A program made the translations under genes and the position numbers. Below, in pieces: positions 1 through 14,298 of a stretch of 64,000 nucleotides of DNA. Positions within the stretch are counted from its first letter, which is position 1. Every line of letters begins with the position of its first letter. The notes beneath the pieces were generated by a model, which saw nothing but the letters and a program-made list of their open reading frames with translations, was not told where the DNA came from and searched no databases. The stretch comes from Hydrolagus affinis (Eukaryota): assembly GCA_012026655.1 (NCBI GenBank), contig JAAILG010001046.1, positions 1 to 64,000 of the forward strand, in the 5' to 3' direction.

Positions 1-806
1 CCCCCCCCCCCCCCCCCACCATCACCCCAATCTTTTTAGTATCAAATTAAATGTTGGTGCCAATGGACCGGACAATTAGACAGTGAGTAAGTAAGTTTAT
101 ACAGCGCTTTCCACGTCTTATCGACGTCCCGGAGCGCTTCACAGAGTTTGGGGAAGGGAAGTAGGAAAATGAACTGTTATATTTGTGGGCGAAACGCGGC
201 AGCCGCACCGCGCACAGCAAACAACAATCAACACAGCCCGTCGAGGGCAGGAAGAGGCAGTTACTTCAGTAACTTCTGTTGGCAATGACACCAGCAGAGA
301 ACTCACTCGATCCAAAGGTCACACTGCACCAGAGAGAGCCACAGTCGGTTGCCAGGGGCAGTGTTTCTCTTGCTCAGGGTGCGAGTGTTGGGCGGCTAAT
401 CAGCCAGATCCCAACCGAAGTTAACCTCCCCCTCCGACTGCCAGGGTCAGATACCTCGAGAGACAAGGAGAGGGCAACGGGTTCCTGGCGAGCGACAACA
501 ACTTGTGTTTGCACAGCGCTCACCCTCCCTCCTTCCCCCCCCCCCCCCTCCCTCTGTGGGCGGAGGGGGGAGAGGTGGGATTAACTTGTCCGTGTTTATG
601 TGTTCCAAAGTTTTTTTTAATTTAAAAAAAATTCCTGTGGAAAAATGTTAAAGGCAGCGAAACTCCAAATGTACTTTTTTTCTCTCATTATTTGACAAAA
701 AATGTGAATCGAAAAACAATTGAAACCTTCGCTATGAATCGGAAGATAAATCGTTTGGCGTTTTTGCTCAAATTCTCTCGTTGTGGATTCTGAGCAAAAT
801 CAGTAT

Positions 807-967
807 GATTATTATTAATAATTGTAATCTTTGCATTGGATACAGCTCCTTGTCATGTCTCCGAGCCATCTCACAAAGTGCTTCACAGAATATCCTGTAA
901 AGTAAATTGGTTGTGCATTCTGTGGGCGAAACGCGGCAGTGTCCCACAAACAGTTACCGATTGAAAT
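807..967 (-). mobile_element. SINE 3' half
   Basis: Matches the reverse complement of the body and tail of the full copies at 16393 and 18045. Confidence 0.8.
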
Positions 968-3900
968 CAGCGGTTTTGAAATTCTTCGCAAAGTAAAACT
1001 TTTTTTAAAAAAAAGAAAGTGAAAAGAAAGAAATGAATGCGGTAGAAATGGAAATTTCCATTGAGACTCTCTTGGAATGAATGACTTCACCTCAATGTTT
1101 ACAATCTCCCTCCCTCCCCCGCCCCCCGACACCCCCTCCCCAACCAATCACATTTTGGTGGTTGAATTAAGGTCCTGTGGAAACCAGGTACATTTACGTA
1201 TAATCTGACTGATGACTTTTTCGTTAGATCAGCCAGGTGTCTGGCACACGGAAACTCATCGCCTGCTGAGTAACATGCAAATCTGTTTACAACCTACACA
1301 CGGAAATTTCCATGTGGCTGGTACGTAACGAACCCTCTGCCCTTGGAGGGTAGCGCACCCATCTACCTCATGACTGACAGTGTGAGGCACAGGTTGATAA
1401 AGAGCCAAGACTTGGCGAGACCTGAGAGTGTGGGTTGGGGGTTACTCCTGAAGTTGAAAGAGCTGAAACATCTAGCTCCACCGTTTAGAGCACCGATCGG
1501 TAGCAAGCTTCATGCTGCAGCTGTATTGAGCACGGTGATGATGGGTTTGTGTGTGTGTGGCAGACACCCAGCCATCACGTGTCCCACTGAGCAGACTAAA
1601 CGGTCACCAGTGACTCAGCAACAAGACCATTGAGACGGCAACAGAACACACTGATAATAATAATAATAATAATCCTTGCATTTGATGTAGCGCTGTTCAC
1701 GTCTTCTAGACGTCTCAAAGCGCTTCACAACTCATTCGAAAAACGCTGATATAATGGGAAGATAGTAGGCTGGGCCTTCGGGAATAATGAAAACGAGTAA
1801 CTTTCAGCCAAACAGCTAACAAGATTTCGCTCTGTACAGTAAGTCATGTGTATCATTAGTCATAAAATCAGTTTGTCATTAAATTGCTCCCTTTGCCCTC
1901 CGCCGCGCCCAAATTTCTTGTTTCTCGATAAAGTTTCTAGTTTGTATAAACCTTCACTGTTTCAGCAATTTAAAAAAAAAATACTTAGTCGGTATCGCAT
2001 AAAATAGACATGAAGTACTGACTGAGATGAAAGCTGCTGCAAAATTGCATTAAGGAAAAGTGATTAATTGGTTACAAAGAAGATTTATCTTTTATTTTGA
2101 AAAAAGAATCCGCTATTGATTTTGCGAGCCAGCTGACTGATTAGAGCAAGTCAAGCCAGCAGCAATTATAGGAATGTACTGGAGACTGCGGAGAGGCTAT
2201 TGCAGTCCATCTAGCCTGTCTCAAAGTAAAGAAAAGCTCTCTCTGTTCACTCTCCCGCTCTCTTCCTCCCCTTCAATAGAGCTCACCGGAGACCCCCAAG
2301 TTCACACCAAGTAGCAAAAATACCGTGGTTACAATTTCCCGATTTTCCAAAGTGAAAGTCAAACGGCAGGTGGGACAGGAGTTTGATTTGCAAATCGAGT
2401 GTCGCACTTGTTACTGTGACGGAACAAAAAGCACTTAAATCGATACATCAATAACATGTTGTGCACAATAGTTATCGAGAGAAACTGTTGGGGGGAGGTA
2501 GTGCAATTGCGTTGTATTCCAGCATCGTAGGAAGCGTATGTTCGTTGATTTGGTTCTAGACTTTGGTGGCAATAAAGTTGACCTCAGTCTCCCACTCTCC
2601 CATGTCCCTCACACTCTGAATGCCTCTGGCCTGTGTTAGGGTACGGTACACGAATGTATGTACTGACTATGGCAGGGGGTTGATTGGCAGTGGGATAGCG
2701 CAGTGCTTTCAGGAGATTAATAGGTGAAAGAGAACCATCGATAATAATCCCTGCGTCAATAGGCCGTTGCTGAAGGCACAAGCAAAATTGAGGAGGGGGT
2801 TACACAGCACTGTGGCGGACAGATACACGATTGTATTTCGTGGTGTGGAGAATGCCAGCCTCGGATGGGAGGTTTATAATATAATTATAATAATCCTTAA
2901 ATTTGATATAGCGCTTTTCATGTCTGCTAAACGTGAAGTGAGTCTAAACCATGAAATGAAATGGGTCTTAATCCTGTCTCTGGAGACAGCAGCCTCCTCC
3001 CCACATCTCCCCCCCCCCCCCCCACAACCCCCAACATTGGTACGTGACTTAGAAATGAACAAATCTCACTGACGTGAAAGAACTTATCTATTGCTTTGTT
3101 GATAAGTTTTTTTTTCTGTCACCTCATCACCATTTACGTATTTTTCTGCTGTATAGAGCTATCTGGTTACAAGCTCAAAAGTCCCTCTCAGTCAGTCAGT
3201 CAGTCCGTCCGAGCACATGTTAATACAATAATCATTCTTGCGTTTGATATAGTACCTTTCACGTCCGGACAAACGCTTCACAGCATTCACTCTATCCTGC
3301 AGGCAAATCCGGCAGCCAATTTTCGCACAAACAGCCGTGAAGTGAAAATGACCAATTTTATTACAGTCGGAGCAAAATCTAATAGAATCTGAAGTCCAAT
3401 CACGTAATGAAAGGAGATTTCAATATATCACAAAAGTGGGTCGATGGTGAAGGCTTCTTTGTCTTATTTTGATTTCATCTTTCCAGACCATCATCTCATA
3501 TTACACCCTCAAGCTATTTCTTGAAATAAATCCAGTATTAGTTTCTGCCAGACTCTGTTGTTACCTGTTCCAGTTCACCTACCAAAACTAGAGATGAGAG
3601 ATCGGTTGAGCCTGTTAAATGCAAAGTGGATAGATATTTCGGGGTAAAACTATTTACAGCATATGGCAGAAATGAAGGATCAGGCAAGAAATCCATACAA
3701 TGGTTTTCTCCCACTACTCAACGATTATTGTAAAGTGCTTTGACATTACAGGTGCTACATTGAATGCAAGAATTACTGTGAATAATAAACCATAATAGCT
3801 GTGCACAAATTGCCTGCCGCATCTGCCCACAAAACACAGTCGATTCGTCCTACAGTGAATCCCGTGGAACACTTTGGGAAGGGCTTCTGACGTGAAAGGC

Positions 3901-3969
3901 GCTATTACCAAACGCAAGGATTATTATTTATAGTTGAATGTTATCCCACAGACACACTGGATTTGTGTA

Positions 3970-4125
3970 TAATAATAATAATAATAATTATCACCCTTGC
4001 ATTTGGTGTAGCACTTTCCACATCTTATCGACGTCTCAAAGCGCTTCACAGAATATACTGTAAAGTGAACTGACTGTAGATTTGTGGGCGAAACGTGACC
4101 GCCGAATGCGGACAGCAGTATCCCA
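3970..4125 (-). mobile_element. SINE 3' part
   Basis: (AAT)n then ccttgcatttg..gacgtctcaaagcgcttcacagaatatactgtaaagtg. Confidence 0.85.
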
Positions 4126-4536
4126 GACACTGATCTCCAGACAGAAAGGTACGCCTTAAGTAGTGACGATTACTCTACAGCCCTGGAGAATCAGAAATAC
4201 GAGCTGAAAGCTCGTATCATCACTCCCTGGGGTGTCATTGACACACAGCCTTAACTATACCACTGCTGTACTCAAACTGTTGGCAATCACTGCTGAAAAG
4301 CGAAAGAGTTGAGTTTAATTATAAAAAGTAGGAGTTGCCATTAAATTTCTTACGCTGTCGAATGGGTGGTGTAAATTTACTTCAGTTGACTTGAGCTCCA
4401 AGGAGAGAAATTGGATAGAAATTGGCAGCTTTGCAGGGAATGGAGGAAGAGAAGGGAATCTGGGCCTTTCTTAGTCTTTTAAAGAAAAAGTCACCGTGCT
4501 GTATTTTCTTCGAAGGCACCTCACCCAGATTCAAAA

Positions 4537-4561
4537 GAGAGAGAGAGAGAGAGAGAGAGAG
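4537..4561. repeat. (GA)n microsatellite
   Basis: Read directly. Confidence 0.9.
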
Positions 4562-6309
4562 TAAATAAATATTCGAGAGGCTGTGTGGGAAATAGGAATG
4601 CTGAAAGCAGTGATTAATTTTTTTCAAACACCTGGAAAATGAAGTACAGTAATGCATTAACAACAATTCCCAACGCATCCAGCCTGACGTTAAGTCAGTA
4701 GGCGTTGAGTTGTACTTTGATTGAGCATTTGGAAAACAATCTGCTCCAGCGGCTTAGTCTGCAGAATAATTCTCTGTGCCAAGAGCAGCTTTTTTTTAAA
4801 AAAAATAACTTCCTAATCTGCTCTCTCTCTCTCTCTCGCTCAAGAAATCATTCAACAAAATTGTCAAAGAGTTTTTTTTGCTGCAATGCGAAGTTTTGGT
4901 AATGTTACCATTGCTTTCATCGTCAGGATTGTTTTGACTGGTAATCTTCTGCTTTTCGGTCGAGTTCATTTGTTCCACATCACATTTAACACAATGTATT
5001 GCTGCTGCTGCTGCTGCTGCTGGAAGTGATCAAACTCTGGGTACGTTAAGGGGAAGTGAAACAGGAGGGTTCGGATGAGTGTAAAAATTACATGCAAAGT
5101 GTTCAGTGTTTTTTTTAATGCTGAATGCGTTCATTGTTTGTTGCTGTCACATTAAAAATGCAAGGTCACCGAGTACTGTCAGAGAGTTTAATATTTGCAG
5201 TCAGAGGGACAAATAAAAAAAGGTCAGAAGCAACTATTGCTCCATCCACGAATTTGAATTAAACCAAGTCAACCAAGAATGTGGCAGAGACGTGTATCTC
5301 ACATGGCCTTTGTGTTGTGGTTTCTGCTGCGGTTTTTACGTCATTTGATATAAATCTTCCTGTCTGGCTTTGACTCAACTATCTTAGGAGTTGAAACAAT
5401 ACGACACGCAGAACCTGCCTTCAAAATACAGGACTTTTGAGTGCTGCTCTCCAGGTTGCAATCCTCATGTATATATTCTGAATCAATTTGTTCACTGTCA
5501 GAACAGGGCAGTCAAACTGTTGAGAACGGAAACCTCTTTGAAAGCAATAGCTCTTCCTTTATTTATTTAATCCTAAATTGCCAGTCATTATTATTACAAA
5601 ATAAATGAATATTTAATCTAGAACAATTAGGGATCTTATGCTTGGCAGCAAATCGTAATAGGAAGAGAGTTTATTTTCTCGGTGTCCCGGCCAACAATCC
5701 GCCCCAAAATAAAATTGGTGATTCATTTCATGGCGGTGTGTGTGGCTGGGAAATTGTTGTGCACAAATTGTCTGCTGTGTTCACCTGCAAAACACAAAGT
5801 ATTTTGAGATAGATGTGCTCCCAATGTTTTATTGCTTCTGTTCAAATTGTAAAGATTTTTTTATAATCAAATTGAATGCGAACTGTAGAAAATGCAATAA
5901 CTTATGGGTCTCCCCTTCCAATTGAAACAGCTCCATAGTTTGTTGAAGGCACTATAGACTGCAGTCACTATAGTTCGACTACAAATGCAGCGAAGCACTT
6001 TGAAACATCCTCCTGATGTGAAGAACATTATATCAAATGCAAGGATTGTTAATAAATGTTTTTCATTTGCCCTTTTGGGTCTCAGCTAGTGCTATGGTTG
6101 CTGGTTGTTGGCTGATTAAATGCTGTACAGACGGCAATATCCTGGGGCTAATTCAGATATCTGGATCATTTGCCTGTCACGGGGAGGGGAAGGGTTTGGG
6201 CAAAGAACCCACAATGGTGTTTGAAAGTTACCTTATTGGAGAAAGGGAAGTGGATTCAAAGATTGAAAGTCTATTCTTGCTGTAGCAAATGAAAAATCAT
6301 GTTTACAGG

Positions 6310-6437
6310 CGTGCGCAATTGGCTGCAGCGTTTCGCCCACAAATATCTAGTCAATTCACTTCACAGTATACTCTGTGAAGCGCTTTGAGACGTCTAGATA
6401 TGAAAAGCGCTATATCAAAAATGCAAGGATTATTATT
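6310..6437 (+). mobile_element. SINE 3' part
   Basis: aattggctgcagcgtttcgcccaca...gaagcgctttgagacgtctag...gcaaggattattatt. Confidence 0.85.
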
Positions 6438-9400
6438 CTGATTATAAGTGTGAGCGCCTGGCATGGCCTATGTTTCACAGTTAGGTTATGCCTTGCGCTT
6501 CGTTTGAACGTGTTACTGTAAGATGGCAGCTGCTTTATTAACTGCAGTGACAGCTCGCTCTTTCAGACAGCAGTCGGCTGCACAGTACATGGAAAAAAAA
6601 GGACAAATGCAGATAAGATCCGCTGCGTGGCTTTCCACGAGAGTGGCATGATGCGATAAAGCAACAGACCAACGACCCAGTTATCTCGAACTCAAAATGT
6701 TTCTGCTCGCACCAACTGTCAGGCTGCTGTAAGGCTTTGAAGCTTAAAAGACCACACGTGGACACAGCAAGCCCAGCCTGTTAATTCGGGCTCTTGGCAG
6801 TCAAAGCAAGAACACGTTTTAAACCCTGCTGTCACGTACACTAATCCAGTTATCCGGTTGCAATAAATTTGTTTTTTTTTAACAAAAAAACTTTCAAAAA
6901 ATATATTAAAACATCCTGAGTTGAATTTAGACGACTTGTGCTCAGGGCTTCTTGTTTTCGTACCTGCACAATGTTATGTGGTCATTTTGACATTTATGTA
7001 AGACAGTTTCAGTCTGGGAGGGGTGTGTGTGTGTGTATCTGTGCATGTGTGTCTCTCGCTCTCTTATCTCGGCTCCTACTTAAATTTTAGCGAAAGGTTT
7101 AATAGTCCATAGTTGACTCAGATCCTCGAGGCAAAAGCCGAAAACTTGTTGAAATAGATTGGAATTCTGCTAGAAAGATTAAGTTATTTTATCTTTGCCC
7201 CCCCCCACCCACCCAGCTGCTGTAGTAAATGCATACTGTTTGCATTCTAATACCCAGATATACATGAATGTATAAGATGATGGCAGACAGAATGTTTAAA
7301 TAATAATCTTGCAGTTGATCTAGCGCCTTTCACGTCACAAGAACATTTCAAAAGTGCTTCACAAGATATTGCTGTAAAGTGCAGTGACTGAAACATAATT
7401 AATATATTGGGAGAAATTCCATTTGGCTATAGATTTATGCTATTTACGTAGCATTTGAGAATGTCCAGGATTTTGTAAATTATTGAGAACATTCTTAACT
7501 TAAAAAGAGGTTTTAAGTGAAGAAATTGGCTATAATTGGTTGTATTTAAGAGTTAAACAGATTCTCTACCCCGTAAAGTGCTACATAATAATAAATACAC
7601 CAACAGAGGCAATCTGAACATAAATACACAAACAGAGGCAATCATTGTCTCCCACAATGGAGTCCCACCGAATTGGAGCCTTAGAGTCTGACCTGAGAAG
7701 GACTCGAACCAACACATGTAATATAAATTAACGTGGAATTAACGTGGACATTCAGTATGCAAAGTGTCTGTAAGTGCTTCTAGGACACGTTTACAGATAA
7801 ACAGACCATTTCGCATGGAGTATCATGTATCTCTTTTTCTCTCTCTCTCTCTCTCCTTTCATCTAATGAAACAACAAATCGTTGACCTAGTTGCCTTAGG
7901 CTTGCAAATCTAGGCAGATGAAATTAACACATGTGACGAGACGCAACCTGGCTGCTGTACTTTTAACCCGTTAGGAACCTGTCGGATTGTCACACCCTCT
8001 GAAACCACAATGCGTGATAATTAATACTCCTGGTATGTGATATAACATGTTTCGTGTTGGGAGGATGTCCCAAATTATTTCACAGGATTTACTATAAATA
8101 AACAGTGACAATGTGTTTTGCAGGCACAAACACAGCAGCCAATTTACGCACAGCAGTGTGCCACAAGTTGAATAACCAATTTTATTTGGAGGATTTTTGG
8201 CCATGAACAGAATGAAATGTAGAGAGTGATTATGGTGGTGTACGTGTGTGTGGTGGGGTGGGGGGAGGTGTGGGTGGGTGTAGTGTGGGCATTGTATAGA
8301 ATAGGCGGAAGGTGAAAGGGCATTAATGAGGGTTTTGGTAGCAGTTTGTGAGAGAGGGGGCAGAGGAGGGCAATGTGGGTAGAGTGATCGGAGGCAAAAT
8401 GTCACAGAGCAATTCACAAACAATTGCTGTCCCGTTGTATCGATCGTGCATTTGTTGGCAAATTTTGTACCAATTAGTGGCAAGCATAAGATACCAAGGC
8501 ATCGTTCAGAAAAGGTAAGTACTGTAATATGTTGGCACTTGCACAGTTGAAGAGAGTTTGAGCATCTGTAGAACACAAAGAAACTGCCAGTTGCTTAGCT
8601 TACAGTGTGCCCTCTGATTGCCGCAAAGGAGATTTATAGCAAAATCTGCCAAATCGATTGAGTTGCAACTGTTGCTTCTTTAACAGTCGATGGAGGCGCA
8701 TCCTGCCATCTGTGTGCCATTGGGCGCACGGTTACAAACTTCAAAAGGAACTGCAGGAGCTGTGAATAAAGTGGGGTGAGCTCGTGACCAACGGAAGGCT
8801 TGAGCAATAGTCGCGATGCTCCCGACTGATTTACGCTGATATCTTCCCCCTCAGCAGGCAACAGTTAGCATCTGATTAAGGCAAGTTGTAGGCCCTGCAG
8901 AATAGACTGATCACTCTAATATGCTCATGCAGAGTGCCTAGTTCCAAGCCCTCGATTTCATATTCCCAAGAAGATCATCAATGAAATAACTTGCTCTCGT
9001 ATTGCAGATTCCTAATGGATCAACAGCTCTGTTGGCTCTGAGGCACACAATGCGAACCTGGCAGACACTGAAGCTACTTCGATGCACACAGACCCAGAAC
9101 CTGACGGGTTTAATTCTCAGTTTATTGCTGAGTTAGCCTATGTACGTCAGGGCAGCTGTAAGGATGCTATAAGATGTTTCAGTCCATAATATATACAGTC
9201 AATAATTCACTTTACAATATATTCTGTGAAGCGCTTTGAGACATCTCGAAGACGTGATAAGGCGCTATAGTAAATGGAAGGATTATTGTTGTTGTGCTAT
9301 AAATGGGCTAGAATGGGTTCCACTGCTGGTCACCAGTCACTGAACCGCTGGAAACGCATACCTAAGGATAGTAAGGGATTTGGCTACAATACCTCCCTCC

Positions 9401-12400
9401 GCGTTTCCCTACCCCCCCATTCCCCGTCCTTGGTTGACTTACCCGGTGCAGCTTATAGGCTCATAAGTGAAGAAGACAAGTTGGTCAAAATGCTGACAGG
9501 CGGCTCCAGCCACAGTGTTGTGCTCCAGCCAGCGTCGGCACGTTCGTGGGAAGGGAAAAATCACTTGAAGCAGCTTGTATTCTGCTAAGTGGAAACATCT
9601 GGAAGTTCACTGGTCAGCAAGCACGCTCCCTCCCAGGGTTTACTGCGGTTAAAATCTGTTACCTTGGAAACGGAAATGCAGCACAGACATCTGCTTGCAA
9701 TCTCCATTGACGCTCCAAATACATACTGAACAGAGAACTTTGTCTTCAAGTTAGGTGCATCTGTCTATTTCGGCGTGTGTGTGAAATGTGTGTGCGTGTG
9801 CGTGATAGAAAGACAAAGATCAGAGCAGAATATTTGGGAAAAAAACAGCATAAGTAAGGGAATTGAATGAATACTTTGTATTTGAAGAGTGTGGGAAAAG
9901 AGCAGGGGAAAGGATTATAGAATACTTTATAGTAATCCGTGCATTTGATATAGCGTCTTTCATATCGGGAGTACGTCTCAAAAGTGCTTCAAAGCATGCA
10001 TTGATCTAGTATAGTGACTGTACATTCGGCAGGCGAACCGTAAAAGGGAATGTGCTTGAAGTAAATAGCATCATTAAGAGAGCATAGACACCAGCATAGA
10101 CACGATTGACCGAGTGGCTTCCTGTGCTACAAACCACGATTAATTCAAACACATGCCCAAATTGGACCAGGACTGAATTTCCCATTTAGAAAAATGCTTT
10201 ATTAGCAACAGTAGGATGTGGGTGGTGGACTGAAAAATAAACTACCTCGTGGCATAAGACTTACTGTGATCTTAAGACCATAGAAGCATTCCGACCTCCA
10301 CTCATGGGTTATGTGGGAAGGTGTGCGGAAAACCGCTGTACAGTGTTTGGTTTCATATCATTGCCCTTCACACTCAGAATTCCATGTGTAACTGTGATCT
10401 CGTAAGGGACTGGACTATAAATATTTCTCAGTTCTGTTGATCATTGATTTGCGTTATGTCCACAAATATACAGTCAATTGATTTTACAGTTTATTCTGTG
10501 AAGCGCTTTGAGATGTCTAGAAGATGTGAAAAGCGCTGTATCAAATGCAAGAATTATTTTTTAACTCGAACTGGCAGAGAGAGAGTGAAAAGGGATCACT
10601 GGAGGGATAATTGAAGTTGGGAATGATTTGCGATAAAAGCTCCATTTACAATAATAATACTTAGCCTAATGGTAATCTTGCATTTGATAAAGTGCCTTGA
10701 CGTCTGAAAGTATTTCACAGGATAATAATGATAATAATCCTTGCATTTGATATAGCGCTTTCCGCGTCTTCTAGAAGTCTCACAGCATATACTGTAAAGT
10801 CAATTGACTGTGTATATTTGCGGACAAAATTTGTAGGATATACTGTGAAGTGGATTGACTGTATTTTGTGGGCGAAACTGTGTGGTGGGCCCTGGGCACG
10901 GCACAGAAGTGTCAGCCTAGACTGGTGAGTTTAACGTATTGAAGTGAGAGTGCGACTAATTAAGCCAGACAAGAACCCGAAGTTGGTTTGACGCGAGAGA
11001 GTGAGCGGGGAGAGATGCTGAATGTACAAAATGTAAAACTGGCATGAAGACGACAATTGCAGCAGAGGGAAAACGCGAGTAATTAATGGGGAGGTTGCAG
11101 TGCAACAAGAAACTGAGGCCTAATTAATTAGCTTAGTGATTTTGGTGAGGTAGAAGGTGGTGAGATACAAGCTGCTGTTAAGCTGTTGGCTGATAGAACT
11201 ACAGATGACTAGGGGTGGATTTAACAGCCTCTCAAAGGATGCTATTCATTGCTTTTGTCAGCCGTCCAACAGAACTTTTTAACCTCTTGGAGGATTTGTT
11301 AAGATAAAATTGTGTTGCTCTCACTGGAATGTGCAACATCAACAACAACTTGTATTTATATAGCATCCTTCATGCCGTTGCAGCTTTCCGGAGTGCTGTA
11401 CAATAGATATCACAGCATTTAAAATTATATTATAACTTTTATATAACGAGGACCATTGACTTTTGTCATTGTTGTATGTCAGCCCCTAAAAAGCTTGCGT
11501 TTCTGTAGCATGCTTTATGCGGGGTGGTGTCGTAGAGCACTTAAATAAGGATAATCCTTAAAGAGAAGCAGATATGTATTTCAAAGTACTCCCCACATTT
11601 CCTGAAGGAAAATAAGTGCCAACCGAACTCACTTCCTCCCGCTGCCACCCCCCCACCAAATCACTGCTGTTTTCTGCTCACTCGGGTGTCAAGCCATTTG
11701 ACGTTGACTGGCAGCACCTTTCACCCTAACCCTGCAATCTGATATCCTTGCAAAACCATTGATGAGGTTTAAGGTTGCGGGAGTGCTGACTTACTGCTCC
11801 AGGGTGCAGTGTAAGCGGGCAGAGTGTAAACACTGTCAGTGCTGCTCGGCCGACACCCGCAAGTCTCACCATTTCAATCGGGAGTTCTCTCCGGTTACTC
11901 TCGATGAGCTGCTGCCCACAAAGTGTTGAGAATAGGCTAACGAGGGCGCTGGGTGCCATCCTGTTTATTCGCTCGACCATCGCCTGCCAATTACAGACAG
12001 GAAGCCACACAATCAGAAGGAGCTAGGAGGCCAGGTGGTCTGCACAGTAATATTAACCTCCTTTACAGCTTGTCCTTTTTGCCACTCGCAGTAGCATTAG
12101 ATCAGCACTGCCTCTATTTATAAAGCTGCTTTGGCAGCTCAGCTCCCCTGGGGCTGTCTCCCAGGAGTTCATGTTTGCAGTGCCTGCTCCAGCTTCCTCC
12201 GGCACTGAATCTACACGATAGAAAAGTTGTTTATTTTTCTCTCACGCCAGGGACGTCCTCTCAACGCAAAAGGCGCTATACAAATGTAAGTTTTGATTGA
12301 TTGATTGAAAGGTACATTTCTAAACAAGAGCTCCCTTTGTACCAACAGAAAATTGTATTTCTGGTTAATCTCCCCGGCATTTTACATGATCCAACAGCCT

Positions 12401-13077
12401 ACCCCTCTGTACTATGGATACTTAATAGGAAAGCAAGTCGAAAAGATTCTGGTAAAGTTTAAAATAATTGTAATAATCCTTACATTTCACATCAGGACAT
12501 CGAAAAGCTCTTCACAGAATGTGCCATAAAATGTAGTGACTGTGTGTTTTGGGTTTTAACATGGAGTAGTGCACAGTCCACCAACCGCCTTTGTTTTATC
12601 ATGCAAGCTGCTTGTTTGCAGTTTTGTTGCTTTGATTCTAGGTGGAGAGTGATCAGAGACATTAAACTACTGGTCCCAAGTGTCTGATCAGATGGATGGT
12701 AAAATCCCTGTTATGGTGATGAATAGAAAAACATTCTTCTTGTATATTAAAAAAAACACAAGGTAGGAGCACAGATGCTACATTAGAAATGCTTCTTCCT
12801 CATTCCTTAGTGAGATATTTATATAATGTATTTTCAAATTATCCCAGTTTCAACACCAGCTGTAATCGATCACCTTTTGAGACAATTTAAATTTTCTCTC
12901 TTATCAGAAGCGACATTTTATTTTTAAATCTTCATACTCTGGGTGTTGAATAAATAGTGTGTGTGTGGAGAAGTGGAGGGTGGGAGGGGGGGGGGTGGCG
13001 GGTCGTAGAGATAGGGAAGGAAGTTTTCTTTAAACTTCTGGTTAATTGTAACCCAAGGCCTTATTACTTTTCCGCAG

Positions 13078-13250
13078 AACACGAACAGAGACGATAGCCT
13101 GAAGAAAGAAGCTAGAGAGTCTGTTGAAGATAAGCTGAGCAAGTCCCAGCAGCTGAAGAAAGTCTTCAAGGAGTATGGAGCTGTGGCTGTGGTCTTCCAC
13201 ATCGGAATATCACTAGCATCGCTTGGAATATTTTATGTGGGGGTCTCGAG
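13078..13250 (+). CDS. FAM210B: FAM210B internal coding exon (DUF1279 mitochondrial membrane protein)
   Basis: tttccgcag|AAC...TCGAG|gtgag; translates NTNRDDSLKKEARESVEDKLSKSQQLKKVFKEYGAVAVVFHIGISLASLGIFYVGVS, matching recalled human SKSQQLKKIFQEYG..HIGISLISLGIFY; phase 0 in, phase 2 out. Confidence 0.92.
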
Positions 13251-14198
13251 GTGAGCTGAGCTGAAAGGTCTGCAGTAGCTGCTAAAGAGAGAATAATTAT
13301 TGGGTGAAGACAGGGATTCATTGGATTGATAGCTGGCATAATGCATCGGGTCTTTTGGAGCTGTACAATTCTAAGCTTCGTGGCAAGCCCTGGATTGTTA
13401 GCAAAGGAGTGGAAATGATTCCATTGACTTCATTAAAGTCCAACCTAACAGAACAATTGCCAATAAGATCCACGCCCTAGCAGATCTCAGCCAAGATATT
13501 AGTGATTAGTTTCAGCAACACTGGGCTGGTGAGAGGTAAGGGTTCACATTGCCAATCGCTATTGGAGGGTGGATGTCAGGTGAGGACAATCAATCAATCA
13601 ATTAAAACTTACATTTATATAGCGCCTTTCACGTCGAGAGGACGTCCCAAGGCGCTGAACAGTTAGGTAGGGACAAGAGTGGGGTGGAGGAGGGGTCGGG
13701 GGCAGGACAAAGAAGAGTAGGAAAATTGACTGTATATTTGTGGGCGAAGACAAGCTGTACACCTACAGCTCCCAGTAAACATCCCAGGGATAGTGGCCTT
13801 TATTGGGAAGCTTGCAGAGGTCGATCGATCTGTGCATGGGGTGGGGAAGCAACATCTGAAAAGTTTTTTTTAAAAAAAACTAAAAGCTGTTCCAATATTA
13901 TAACGCACAGTGGACATTGCTGCAGCAAGCATTGTTGAAATTGTCTTATCAGCTGTAAAACATTTAATGGTACCAACGTGAGGTTTGCAGGGCAAAGTGC
14001 AAAATGAAGGCAAAAGCCGTGTTGTGTGTTTTAGGAGCGACTGAAGTTCTGATGAAATGCTGCCCCTCCATCGCCCACACTACACAAGAACACACTCGTC
14101 ACTGTGGATTGCAGTATTTTCCCGTTTGTTCCATTGGAAATTAGAGTTCTTCTCACATCAGGCTGTCCAGGTGGGTGTGCGGCTGGGGGCTGTACATC

Positions 14199-14298
14199 NN
14201 NNNNNNNNNNNNNNNNNNNNNNNNNNNNNNNNNNNNNNNNNNNNNNNNNNNNNNNNNNNNNNNNNNNNNNNNNNNNNNNNNNNNNNNNNNNNNNNNNN
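14199..14298. other. Assembly gap (100 N) in a FAM210B intron
   Basis: N run; the flanking exon phases agree across it. Confidence 0.99.

Noticed and set aside
185-584. ORFs at the window start as FAM210B exon 1
   Set aside because: Begin in or next to a SINE remnant; no convincing phase-0 donor or presequence
5951-5974. Near-palindrome actatagactgcagtcactatagt
   Set aside because: Short, single, and within a degraded repeat tail; no supporting context
7971-8576. 201-aa minus-strand ORF
   Set aside because: Runs through a SINE remnant and low-complexity G/T tracts; no protein motif
12642-12698. 57-nt AG/GT-bounded candidate FAM210B exon
   Set aside because: In-frame TAA in the required phase
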